Below, piece after piece: positions 55,190-64,000 of a DNA stretch of 64,000 bases. How positions within the stretch are numbered: position 1 is the first letter of the stretch; every line of letters begins with the position of its first letter. Both the position numbers and the translations under genes were made by a program. Source of the stretch: an uncultured Pelagibacteraceae bacterium (GTDB lineage Bacteria; Pseudomonadota; Alphaproteobacteria; Pelagibacterales; Pelagibacteraceae); NCBI GenBank assembly GCA_902514695.1, contig CABXRR010000002.1:1237-65236 (forward strand), written 5' to 3'. The notes beneath the pieces were generated by a model. The model was not told where the DNA came from and made no database searches. It saw nothing but the letters and a program-made list of their open reading frames with translations.

Positions 55190-57130
55190 ATGAATAAAAT
55201 ACTATCTCAGGCCCTAAAGAAAGCTGTCTCTGAATATAGCCCTCAAGTAAAAGAAGTAACAAAAGGAAATAGGCCTGATTTATTCTCCTTAAGTAACGAG
55301 ACTGAGCTTTTTCAAAATGATAAAGGAATTATAATTAAAATTGATCGTTCACGTGATGCTAATTTAACTGACTTTGGTAAGGCAACATTGAAAGATAGAT
55401 ATCTTGGTCACAATGAATCTTTTCAAGATTTATTTGCACGTGTAGCAAGTTCCTATGCAGATGATAATTTACATGCACAAAGAATTTATAATTACATAAG
55501 CAACCTTTGGTTCATGCCAGCAACACCAGTTTTGTCAAATGGCGGCACTAAAAGAGGACTACCTATTTCATGCTTTTTAAACGAAGCATCAGATAGTCTT
55601 GGAGGTATTTTAGATCTCTGGAGTGAGAATGTTTGGTTGGCTGCAAAAGGTGGTGGTATAGGAAGCTATTGGGGAAACTTAAGATCCATTGGAGAAAAAA
55701 TTGGTAAGGTTGGAAAAACTTCAGGAATAATTCCATTTATAAAAGTTATGGATTCTTTAACTATGGCTATTAGCCAAGGATCTTTAAGAAGAGGTTCTGC
55801 AGCTTGTTATCTTCCAGTTGATCACCCTGAGATAGAAGAATTTATAGAGATGAGAAGACCAACTGGTGGAGATCCAAATAGAAAAGCATTAAATTTACAC
55901 CATGGTGTTTTGGTTTCAGACGCTTTTATGCGTGCAGTTGAAACTGATGAACAATGGGCATTAAAAAGTCCAGCTGATGGAACAGTTCAACAAACAATTT
56001 CTGCTAGAAACTTATGGATTAGATTATTAACTGCTAGAATTGAGACTGGAGAACCATATATCATTTATATAGATACCGTTAATAGATTAATTCCTCAGCA
56101 TCATAAACTTGCTAACTTAACTGTTAAAACTTCAAACTTATGCAGTGAAATAACATTACCTACAGGTATCGATAAAGACGGAAGAGATAGAACAGCTGTT
56201 TGTTGTTTATCTTCTCTAAATTTAGAAAAATATGATGAATGGAAAGATGATCCAGATATGATTGGTGATGTGATGAGATTTTTAGATAATGTTTTATCAG
56301 ATTTCATTAATAAAGCTCCAGATCAATTTAAAGACGCAGTATATTCTGCTGAGAGAGAAAGAAGTGTTGGGTTAGGAGTCATGGGCTTTCATTCTTTTTT
56401 ACAAAAGAATAGAATCCCACTTGAGTCAGTGATGGCTAAATCTTGGAATAAAAAAATATTTAAACAAATAGACGAGCAAGTTAATCGAGCATCAAAAAAT
56501 TTAGCTGAGGAAAGAGGAGCATGTCCTGATGCAGCAGAATATGGTTTTAAAGAAAGATTTTCTAACAAAACAGCTATTGCTCCAACTGCCTCTATCTCAA
56601 TTATTTGTGGTGGAGCTTCACCAGGTGTCGAGCCAATTGCAGCCAACAGTTATACTCACAAAACTTTATCGGGATCTTTTAATGTTAGAAATAGATATTT
56701 AGAGGAAATTTTAGATAGTCACGGTAAAAATGATGATGAGACATGGTCTACAATAACAACTAATCAAGGCTCTGTTTCTCATTTAAATTTTTTAACTGAC
56801 TTAGAGAAAGACGTTTTTAAAACTGCTTTTGAATTAAATCAAAAATGGATTATTGAACTAAGTGGAGATAGAACACCATTTATTTCTCAAGCACAGTCAG
56901 TTAATTTATTTTTACCAGCAGATGTTCACAAAAAAGAACTACATAGAATTCATTTTGATGCTTGGAAAAAAGGACTAAAAAGCCTTTACTATTGCAGATC
57001 AAAATCAATCCAAAGAGCTGAAAATATCAATGATGCTAAATCGACAGATATTACAGCTAATGTATATAAATCAAAAAATAAACAAACTAACGAACAACCA
57101 GAATACGAGGAATGCCTATCATGTCAGTAA
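55190..57130 (+). CDS. nrdA: Ribonucleoside-diphosphate reductase alpha subunit (class I)
   Basis: PISCF, SNLCSEI, VCCLSSLNL, APTAS, LYYCR, C-terminal CLSCQ. Confidence 0.95.
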   Translation: MNKILSQALKKAVSEYSPQVKEVTKGNRPDLFSLSNETELFQNDKGIIIKIDRSRDANLTDFGKATLKDRYLGHNESFQDLFARVASSYADDNLHAQRIYNYISNLWFMPATPVLSNGGTKRGLPISCFLNEASDSLGGILDLWSENVWLAAKGGGIGSYWGNLRSIGEKIGKVGKTSGIIPFIKVMDSLTMAISQGSLRRGSAACYLPVDHPEIEEFIEMRRPTGGDPNRKALNLHHGVLVSDAFMRAVETDEQWALKSPADGTVQQTISARNLWIRLLTARIETGEPYIIYIDTVNRLIPQHHKLANLTVKTSNLCSEITLPTGIDKDGRDRTAVCCLSSLNLEKYDEWKDDPDMIGDVMRFLDNVLSDFINKAPDQFKDAVYSAERERSVGLGVMGFHSFLQKNRIPLESVMAKSWNKKIFKQIDEQVNRASKNLAEERGACPDAAEYGFKERFSNKTAIAPTASISIICGGASPGVEPIAANSYTHKTLSGSFNVRNRYLEEILDSHGKNDDETWSTITTNQGSVSHLNFLTDLEKDVFKTAFELNQKWIIELSGDRTPFISQAQSVNLFLPADVHKKELHRIHFDAWKKGLKSLYYCRSKSIQRAENINDAKSTDITANVYKSKNKQTNEQPEYEECLSCQ

Positions 57131-58137
57131 AAGAAAAGATTAAAGTAGAAAAAAAAGAAATAATTCAACCAAAAAAAATGGGATTATTAGTAGAAAATCC
57201 TGTTTACAAACCATTTAGATATCCATGGTGTTATGATGCATGGTTAACTCAACAAAGAATACATTGGTTACCTGAGGAAGTCCCTCTTGGAGACGATGTT
57301 AGAGATTGGCAAAAAAACTTATCTCAACCTGAAAAAAATCTGTTAACTCAGATTTTCAGATTTTTTACTCAAGCAGATGTTGAAGTTAATAATTGCTACC
57401 TAAGACATTACACTACAGTATTTAAACCTACTGAAGTTTTAATGATGATGACGGCTTTTGCTGCAATGGAAACGGTTCATGTGGCTGCTTACTCTCATTT
57501 ATTAGATACTATTGGTATGCCTGAGTCAGAATATTCAGCCTTCATGAAGTATAAGGAGATGAAAGATAAATATGATTACATGCAAGGTTTTAATGTTAAT
57601 TCAAAAGAAGATATTGCAAAGACAGTTGCAGTGTTCAGTGCATTTACCGAAGGGTTACAATTGTTTGCGAGTTTTGCAATTCTTTTAAACTTTCCACGTC
57701 ATAATAAAATGAAAGGTATGGGTCAGATAGTTACGTGGTCTGTCAGAGATGAAACTCTTCACTGTAATTCAATGATAAGAATTTTCAAAGAATTTATAAA
57801 AGAAAATCCAGAAATATGGACTCCAAAACTAAAAAAAGAACTTTATGAGGCTTGTAGAACTATAATTGAACATGAAGATGCTTTTATAGATCTCGCTTTT
57901 GAAATGGGTCCGATGGAAGGTTTAACTGCACAAGAAGTTAAAGACTATATTAGATTTATTGGTAATAGAAGATTAGTTCAATTAGGTTTAGAGCCAATTT
58001 ACGATGTACAAAAAAATCCTCTTGGATGGCTTGATACCATGTTGAATGCTGTTGAGCACATGAACTTTTTTGAAGGTCGTGCAACTGAATATTCAAAAGC
58101 ATCAACACAAGGAACTTGGGTAGAAGCGTTTAGTTAA
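57112..58137 (+). CDS. nrdB: Ribonucleoside-diphosphate reductase beta subunit
   Basis: HWLPEE, FFTQAD, ETVHVAAY, EGLQLF, RDETLH, NFFEGRATEY; true start may be 57121. Confidence 0.95.
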   Translation: MPIMSVKEKIKVEKKEIIQPKKMGLLVENPVYKPFRYPWCYDAWLTQQRIHWLPEEVPLGDDVRDWQKNLSQPEKNLLTQIFRFFTQADVEVNNCYLRHYTTVFKPTEVLMMMTAFAAMETVHVAAYSHLLDTIGMPESEYSAFMKYKEMKDKYDYMQGFNVNSKEDIAKTVAVFSAFTEGLQLFASFAILLNFPRHNKMKGMGQIVTWSVRDETLHCNSMIRIFKEFIKENPEIWTPKLKKELYEACRTIIEHEDAFIDLAFEMGPMEGLTAQEVKDYIRFIGNRRLVQLGLEPIYDVQKNPLGWLDTMLNAVEHMNFFEGRATEYSKASTQGTWVEAFS

Positions 58138-58139
58138 AA

Positions 58140-59264
58140 CTATCTTTGATTAAGTTGTACAACTTTTCTATGCTGGTTACCTTTGTAACTAGCTAGAGGT
58201 CTAATTAATTTATTTGCTGCATGCTGTTCTATTATATGCGCTGACCAACCTGTAATTCTTGATATAACAAATATCGGTGTAAAAAAATCTGTGTCAAAAC
58301 CCATTAAATGATAAGTAGGACCAGTAGGGTAGTCTACGTTTGGATGAATATCTTTTCGTTCAATCATAACTTTTTCAACGATGTCATAAATTTTTTCGAA
58401 TTTTTTGTCTTTTTTAATTTTGGCCACTTTACCAAAATATTCTCTCATCGTTGGAACTCTTGAGTCTCCACTTTTGTAAACTCTATGACCAAATCCCATT
58501 ACAACATCCTTATTGTCTAAAGCTTTATTAATCCATTCGTATGCATTCTCTGGTTTCTTTATTTTATTCATCATATGCATCACTTCCTCATTAGCTCCAC
58601 CGTGCAAAGGCCCTTTAAGACTTGCAATAGCGCCAGTTATTGCACCATGAATGTCTGACAAACTACTTGTTATTGTTCTTGCTGTAAAAGTTGAAACGTT
58701 AAAGCTATGCTCGGCATATAAAATAAGAGAGACATCAAAAGCTTTTACAATATCTTTATTTGGGACTTTACCAAAACACATATGAAAAAAGTTTTCTGAA
58801 AAAGAAAGGTTAGTTTTTGGAGGTATAATTTTTTTCCCTTTTCTTGATCTATAAAAAGCAGCTAAAGCTACAGGAGTTTTAGCAAAAATTCTCATTACTT
58901 TTCGCATGTTTGCTTTAGGTGAATTATCTTTTGTTTCGTTATCTTCTAGACCCATTATGCTGACAACTGTTCTTGCAACATCCATTGGATGGGCTTTTTT
59001 TGGAAATTTCTTAATATCTTCCAATAAAGTTTTTGAAAGTTTTCTTTCTTTTCTTTCCTGCTTTTCAAAATTTTTTAATTGTTTTTTGTTAGGTAGTTCA
59101 CCATTAAGAATTAAATAAGCAACTTCTTCAAATTTACATTTTGCACATAAATCTTGCGCAGCATAACCTCTATAAGTGAGCGAGTTTATTTCAGGCATTA
59201 CTTTTGAAACTTCAGTTTCATCAACTACTATTCCAAGCAAACCTTTTTTTATATCTTCACTCAT
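58140..59264 (-). CDS. prpC: 2-methylcitrate synthase
   Basis: LTYRGY, YAEHSFN, GPLHGGANE, GFGHRVYK, PNVDY; in prp operon. Confidence 0.92.
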   Translation of the reverse strand: MSEDIKKGLLGIVVDETEVSKVMPEINSLTYRGYAAQDLCAKCKFEEVAYLILNGELPNKKQLKNFEKQERKERKLSKTLLEDIKKFPKKAHPMDVARTVVSIMGLEDNETKDNSPKANMRKVMRIFAKTPVALAAFYRSRKGKKIIPPKTNLSFSENFFHMCFGKVPNKDIVKAFDVSLILYAEHSFNVSTFTARTITSSLSDIHGAITGAIASLKGPLHGGANEEVMHMMNKIKKPENAYEWINKALDNKDVVMGFGHRVYKSGDSRVPTMREYFGKVAKIKKDKKFEKIYDIVEKVMIERKDIHPNVDYPTGPTYHLMGFDTDFFTPIFVISRITGWSAHIIEQHAANKLIRPLASYKGNQHRKVVQLNQR

Positions 59265-60160
59265 TATTCATGCCCTTCAGTTTTAAAATTATAAATTTTT
59301 TCGTCTAAACTATTATATTTTTCGTAATCAACTAGTTCGTACAATCTTTTTCTTGTTTGCATTTTATCAATAATATTATTTTGATGTCCATTTACATAAA
59401 TGTCTCTTAATCCATCTTCAACACTTTTCATAGCCAATCTTTGTGTTGTGACAGGATAAATAACAATATTGTATCCAAATTTCTCAAGTTCTTTGTAGTT
59501 AAAAAGTTTTGACTTTCCAAATTCAGTCATGTTTGCGAGCAAGTAGCAAGACAAATCTTTTCTTACTTTTTCGAAGTCCTTTTCATCAGTTAAAGCCTCT
59601 GGAAAAATAATTTCAGCTCCAGCATCTATATATGCTTTGCATCTTTCTATCATTTTATCAATTCCTTCGACACCTTTTGCATCAGATCTTGCAATAATTT
59701 TAAAATTTTCATCTTTTTTTGCTGCAACACATTCCTTAATTTTTTTAACCATGGCCTCTGTTGATATCAATTCCTTGTTGTCAAGATGACCACATCTTTT
59801 TCTTTCAATTTGATCTTCAAGATGGACAGCAGTGATTCCAAAATCTTCAAATGTTTCAATCGTTTCTTTACAAGACTTAAAACCTGTATCAATATCCACA
59901 ATTGTTGGAAGATTTGTAGCTCTTGAGATTAAATATGATCTAGTACTAACATCCTGCAGTGTAGTTAATCCAATATCAGGAAACCCGAGGTCATTTGCCA
60001 TTACACCACCAGATACATAAACAGCATCATAGCCAATTTCCTCAATCAATTTTGCAGTCAAAGGATTGTAGGCACCAGGTATTCTCAATATTTTATTAGA
60101 TTTCAATTTTTGAACAAAATCAAATCTTTTTTGTACTGGCTCTTTTTCAATAAAGTGCAC
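59264..60160 (-). CDS. prpB: 2-methylisocitrate lyase
   Basis: DIDTGF, EDQ..KRCGH, ARSDA, LANMTEFGKS. Confidence 0.93.
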   Translation of the reverse strand: MHFIEKEPVQKRFDFVQKLKSNKILRIPGAYNPLTAKLIEEIGYDAVYVSGGVMANDLGFPDIGLTTLQDVSTRSYLISRATNLPTIVDIDTGFKSCKETIETFEDFGITAVHLEDQIERKRCGHLDNKELISTEAMVKKIKECVAAKKDENFKIIARSDAKGVEGIDKMIERCKAYIDAGAEIIFPEALTDEKDFEKVRKDLSCYLLANMTEFGKSKLFNYKELEKFGYNIVIYPVTTQRLAMKSVEDGLRDIYVNGHQNNIIDKMQTRKRLYELVDYEKYNSLDEKIYNFKTEGHE

Positions 60161-61662
60161 TAAAAAATTCCCTTTTTTAAATTTCTTTTAAGTTTACTTC
60201 TTTTTACATCTATATTTAATCTGTCTAGTTGTCCTGATTTTAATTTTTTGAGATTTTGTACTGTTTTTAAAAATCTTTCACTCTCTTTTTTATCTAGAAT
60301 ATTTTCAGTCAAGGTTAAAAACTTATTAATATAATTTTCTCTTTTAAAAGGCCTTGATCCATATGGATGAGCATCTGCACGATCCTGCTGTTCTGTGATT
60401 TTTTTTCCATTTTTAAGTGTTATTACCACTTTAGCGCCAAATGACTTTTTTTTAGGATTTGGATCATGGTATTTTCGTGTCCATTTTTTATCCTCATGGG
60501 TTTTAATTGATCTCCAAATTCTAATAGTACTTTTTCTATTGGCTCTGGCTTTTGTATATGATTTTACATGATGCCAATCACCATCTTCTAAGGCTACAGC
60601 AAAAATGTACATTATTGAGTGATCTAAAGTTTCTCTACTTGCTTTTGGATCCATCTTTTGTGGATCATTTGCTCCGGTACCAATTACGTAATGTGTATGG
60701 TGACTTGTAAAGATATCAATTTTTTTTATCAGGTTTAAATTTTGTATCTTTTTTTTTAATTTTTTAGCTAAGTCAATCAGGGCTTGTGATTGATACTCAG
60801 CGGAGTATTCTTTAGTGTAAGTTTCTAGTATTGCTCTCTTAGTTTCACCTTTTTTTGGAAGAGGAACTTTATAAAGTGCTTTTTTTCCATCTAGAATTCT
60901 TGCAATTACACTATCCTCTCCTTCATAAATTGGACTTGGTGCACCTTCACCACGCATCACTCTATCTACTGCTTCTATCGCAAGTTTTCCTGCATGAGCT
61001 GGCGCATAAGCTTTCCAACTTGAAATTTCTCCTTTTCTTGATTGTCTTGTGGATACTGTTGTATGCAATGCCTGTTGTACAGCTTGATAAATTGTTTCTG
61101 TATTTAATTTTAACATTGTACCAAGACCAGCGGCTACACTTGGTCCTAAATGAGCTATGTGATCTATTTTATGTTTGTGCAAACAAATACCTTTAACCAA
61201 ATTCACCTGAACTTCATAAGCAGTAATAATTCCCTTTAAAAGATCTAACCCACTTTTTTTATTTTGCTGTGCCACACTAATTAAAGGAGGAATATTATCT
61301 CCTGGATGACTGTAGTCTGCAGCTAAAAAAGTATCATGAAAATCAAGCTCTCTAACAGCAGTTCCATTTGACCAAGCGGCCCATTCACAATCAAATTTTA
61401 ATTTTTTATTTACCCCAAATAATGTTGCGCCATTTTTTCTAAAATGTTTTAGAGCCATCTCTCTAGAAGAAATTACTGGTCTTCTATTTAGTGATGCTAT
61501 TGCTACCGATGCATTGTCAATAATTCTATTAATAACCATATCAATTGCGTCATTATTCAATTTTGCATTGTCACTTGCTATTTCTGCTATTTTCCATGCA
61601 AGTTGTTTTTTTTTGGTTAAGTGGATTTTGGATGGGTAAACCTTTACTTTATGTACTATCAA
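60160..61662 (-). CDS. prpD: 2-methylcitrate dehydratase (MmgE/PrpD)
   Basis: [36 protein letters not shown]. Confidence 0.92.
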   Translation of the reverse strand: MIVHKVKVYPSKIHLTKKKQLAWKIAEIASDNAKLNNDAIDMVINRIIDNASVAIASLNRRPVISSREMALKHFRKNGATLFGVNKKLKFDCEWAAWSNGTAVRELDFHDTFLAADYSHPGDNIPPLISVAQQNKKSGLDLLKGIITAYEVQVNLVKGICLHKHKIDHIAHLGPSVAAGLGTMLKLNTETIYQAVQQALHTTVSTRQSRKGEISSWKAYAPAHAGKLAIEAVDRVMRGEGAPSPIYEGEDSVIARILDGKKALYKVPLPKKGETKRAILETYTKEYSAEYQSQALIDLAKKLKKKIQNLNLIKKIDIFTSHHTHYVIGTGANDPQKMDPKASRETLDHSIMYIFAVALEDGDWHHVKSYTKARANRKSTIRIWRSIKTHEDKKWTRKYHDPNPKKKSFGAKVVITLKNGKKITEQQDRADAHPYGSRPFKRENYINKFLTLTENILDKKESERFLKTVQNLKKLKSGQLDRLNIDVKRSKLKRNLKKGIF

Positions 61663-61716
61663 AATAACTCCTAATTCTTCGAATTGTTTTTAATAGTTAA
61701 AAAAAAATAATCAATC

Positions 61717-62406
61717 TTAAAGATATTTTAATACAATTTTTTCAATACCAACAAAGTCTTTTACCAAGTGATTATGATATATTTCAGTTATTTTTTTTTC
61801 CGTATAGCCATCTTCTAATAAGATTATAGGTATACCAGCATTTTTTGCAGCATTAGCATCTGTTTCACTATCTCCAATCATTAGAGTTTTTTTGATATCA
61901 CCACTTAATATTTCTACGACAGAACTTAAATGTCTAGGGTCAGGCTTACAATATTCAAATGTATTATGACCTGCAACATATTCAAAAAAATGATTAATAC
62001 CAATTTTTTTAAGAAGATCGACTGCTAAATGTTCTTGCTTATTTGTACAAACAGCCATCGATATTTTTTTTTCTTTGCACCAAATTAGAAATTCTTTAAC
62101 ACCATTTATTAGAGTACTTTCATTAACAAGGTTTTTTCCATAAAAATCTACGAAATCATTAACCATTTCTTTTTTTATTTTTTCATCTTGTACTTTACCA
62201 AATTCTTTTTTTGCCTGACCCCAAATTGATCTTCCTAGCATCGCACCAGCTCCTTGACCTACTAAATTTCTTATTTCCTCGGTTGATTTTGTTGGATATC
62301 CAAATTTTTTCATTACATGATTGTGTGCACGCATTAGATCAGGTGCTGTATCCACTAATGTGCCATCTAAATCAAAAAGAATTGTGTATTGTTGTGTCAT
62401 AATCAA
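61717..62406 (-). CDS. gph: Phosphoglycolate phosphatase (HAD family)
   Basis: FDLDGTLVD, CTNK, KPDP, IGDSETD. Confidence 0.85.
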   Translation of the reverse strand: MIMTQQYTILFDLDGTLVDTAPDLMRAHNHVMKKFGYPTKSTEEIRNLVGQGAGAMLGRSIWGQAKKEFGKVQDEKIKKEMVNDFVDFYGKNLVNESTLINGVKEFLIWCKEKKISMAVCTNKQEHLAVDLLKKIGINHFFEYVAGHNTFEYCKPDPRHLSSVVEILSGDIKKTLMIGDSETDANAAKNAGIPIILLEDGYTEKKITEIYHNHLVKDFVGIEKIVLKYL

Positions 62407-62471
62407 AAGTATTTTTAAGAAATATTTTGTGAATTAAGAAACATATATACTTAATATAAAGAATTTCCTAG

Positions 62472-63095
62472 ATGAAACAGTTAAATTTACAAAAGCTACA
62501 AAATAGACTCAGAAATAAATTTATTAAATCTGGGGTAAAAATGTCTGGACCTGAGACAATTTATTTTTCAAAAGATACTATAATTGGAAAAAATGTAGTT
62601 ATCGAACCATATGTTGTTTTTGGCTCAAAAGTTAAAATTGGAAATAATGTTACTGTCAAATCTTTTTCTCACCTTGAAAATTGTAAAGTTGAAAATAAAG
62701 TTGATATAGGACCTTATGCAAGAATTAGACCTGGAGTGATTTTGAAAGAAGGTTCAAAAGTTGGTAATTTTGTTGAAATCAAAAAAAGTGTAATTGGAAA
62801 AAAGTCAAAGGTGAGTCATTTGTCATATATTGGTGACAGCAACATAGGATCTTCAGTAAATGTGGGAGCAGGTACAATTACTTGTAATTATGACGGAGTA
62901 AAAAAAAGTAAAACTAAAATTAAAGACAATGTTTTTATTGGGTCAAATTCATCTTTAGTTGCTCCTTTGGTAATTGAAAAAAATAGCACAGTTGGTGCTG
63001 GTTCAGTTATTACAAAAAATGTAAAAAAAAAATCATTGGCTTTAACGAGAAGTTCACAAGTTGAAATCAAAAACTATAAGAGAAAATCGAAATAA
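62472..63095 (+). CDS. glmU: GlmU C-terminal acetyltransferase (left-handed beta-helix) domain only
   Basis: [35 protein letters not shown]; only 207 aa, with no uridyltransferase domain. Confidence 0.85.
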   Translation: MKQLNLQKLQNRLRNKFIKSGVKMSGPETIYFSKDTIIGKNVVIEPYVVFGSKVKIGNNVTVKSFSHLENCKVENKVDIGPYARIRPGVILKEGSKVGNFVEIKKSVIGKKSKVSHLSYIGDSNIGSSVNVGAGTITCNYDGVKKSKTKIKDNVFIGSNSSLVAPLVIEKNSTVGAGSVITKNVKKKSLALTRSSQVEIKNYKRKSK

Positions 63096-63096
63096 A

Positions 63097-64000
63097 ATGT
63101 GTGGAATTATTGGAATAAATAGCAACAGACCTGTTTCAGCAACAATTATTAATTCTTTAAAAAAATTAGAATATAGAGGATACGATTCTGCAGGCCTAGC
63201 AACATTATCAAGTGGATTAATAAATGAAATTAAATCAGAAGGAAGAGTGAATAATCTTGAAAAAAATTCTTTAGTTCAAAATATGGAGGGCACAATTGGG
63301 ATCGGCCATGTTAGATGGGCAACTCATGGGTTGCCAAATAGTATAAATGCACATCCTCACTCATCTCAAAATGTATCTGTTGTACATAATGGAATAATTG
63401 AAAATTCTACATTATTAAAAAAATTTTTAGTTGGGAAAGGTCATAAATTTAAATCCCAAACAGATACTGAGGTTATTGTACATTTAATTACAGAAAATTT
63501 AAAAACAAATAATATTGTTGACTCTATTAAAAAAACTTTAGATTCACTCCATGGTAGTTTTGCACTTGGTATATTATTTAAAGATGAACCAGATTTAATT
63601 GTTGGGGCAAGAAGAGGCTCACCTTTAGCAGTTGGATATGGTCCAAATGAAAATTATTTAGGTTCAGACTCTTATGCTCTTAAATCAATGACAAATAAGA
63701 TAACATATTTAAATGATGGTGAGTTTTGTTTAGTCAAAAAAGATCATGTTGAATTTTTTAGTGAAGATGGAACTAAAATTAATAAAAAAGTTTTAGAGCT
63801 TTCAAGTGAAGAAGAAAATTATGATAAAGGTGATTATAAACATTTTATGGCTAAAGAAATTGAAGAACAGCCTATTACTCTAAAAAATGGAATTAAAGAG
63901 TATTTAGATACAGTAAATAACGACATAAATATTTATAATATCCCATGGAAGAAAAATGAAATTTCTTCAATTGTTTTAATTGGCTGTGGTACAGCATACC
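63097..64000 (+). CDS. glmS: Glutamine-fructose-6-phosphate aminotransferase (5' part; runs off window)
   Basis: Not in the ORF track. Manual translation from ATG at 63097: MCGIIG...LEYRGYDSAG...GHVRWATHG..NAHPH...HNGIIEN...TDTE...HFMAKEIEEQP...GCGTAY. Confidence 0.95.
   Translation, partial: MCGIIGINSNRPVSATIINSLKKLEYRGYDSAGLATLSSGLINEIKSEGRVNNLEKNSLVQNMEGTIGIGHVRWATHGLPNSINAHPHSSQNVSVVHNGIIENSTLLKKFLVGKGHKFKSQTDTEVIVHLITENLKTNNIVDSIKKTLDSLHGSFALGILFKDEPDLIVGARRGSPLAVGYGPNENYLGSDSYALKSMTNKITYLNDGEFCLVKKDHVEFFSEDGTKINKKVLELSSEEENYDKGDYKHFMAKEIEEQPITLKNGIKEYLDTVNNDINIYNIPWKKNEISSIVLIGCGTAY

Noticed and set aside
1490-62402. Numerous 60-181 aa ORFs antisense to or nested within real genes (e.g. 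2907..3452, 6801..7241, 13042..13452, 21357..21677, 39134..39490, 60855..61196)
   Set aside because: Fully overlap well-supported genes, show mirror-codon composition and have no motifs or RBS; treated as shadow ORFs.
1-64000. CRISPR arrays, IS elements, prophage genes, rRNA, known riboswitches (SAM-V, glycine, TPP)
   Set aside because: No regularly spaced repeats, transposase/integrase/phage ORFs or recognisable riboswitch consensus seen by eye; a covariance-model search would be needed to exclude riboswitches formally.

Overview
AT-rich, very gene-dense alphaproteobacterial chromosome segment whose gene content and protein sequences point to Pelagibacterales (SAR11); this taxonomic call is by recognition, not database search. 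In order: (1) a methylated-amine cluster (partial Amt-family transporter, mgsABC, gmaS, a stand-alone MgdA/SoxB-like flavoprotein, a MarR-like gene, tdm, tmoX/W/V); (2) a divergent GpsA-like dehydrogenase; (3) an extremely AT-rich three-gene cassette (small YxDPGxGS membrane protein, LtaS/EptA-fold membrane enzyme, NoeA-like kinase-fold/methyltransferase); (4) a sulfonate cluster (tauABC-comC-pta-hpsN, divergent omega-aminotransferase and ald); (5) sarcosine/DMG dehydrogenase, a BASS symporter, a tandem-wHTH regulator with two small paralogous membrane proteins, and tRNA-Met; (6) apt, mtnP-mtnA-class II aldolase and a speD-speE fusion; (7) a polar amino-acid ABC transporter, envelope and housekeeping genes; (8) nrdAB with LexA and NrdR boxes, prpDBC, gph, a C-terminal-only glmU and partial glmS. 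No IS, integrase, prophage or CRISPR array was seen. The best candidates for undescribed biology are the three-gene surface-modification cassette, a GC-rich structured intergenic element at ~51.86 kb whose CU-rich loop is complementary to AG-rich ribosome-binding sites of nitrogen-scavenging genes in this window, the wHTH/small-protein module beside tRNA-Met, and a possible DHPS-acting GpsA paralog.
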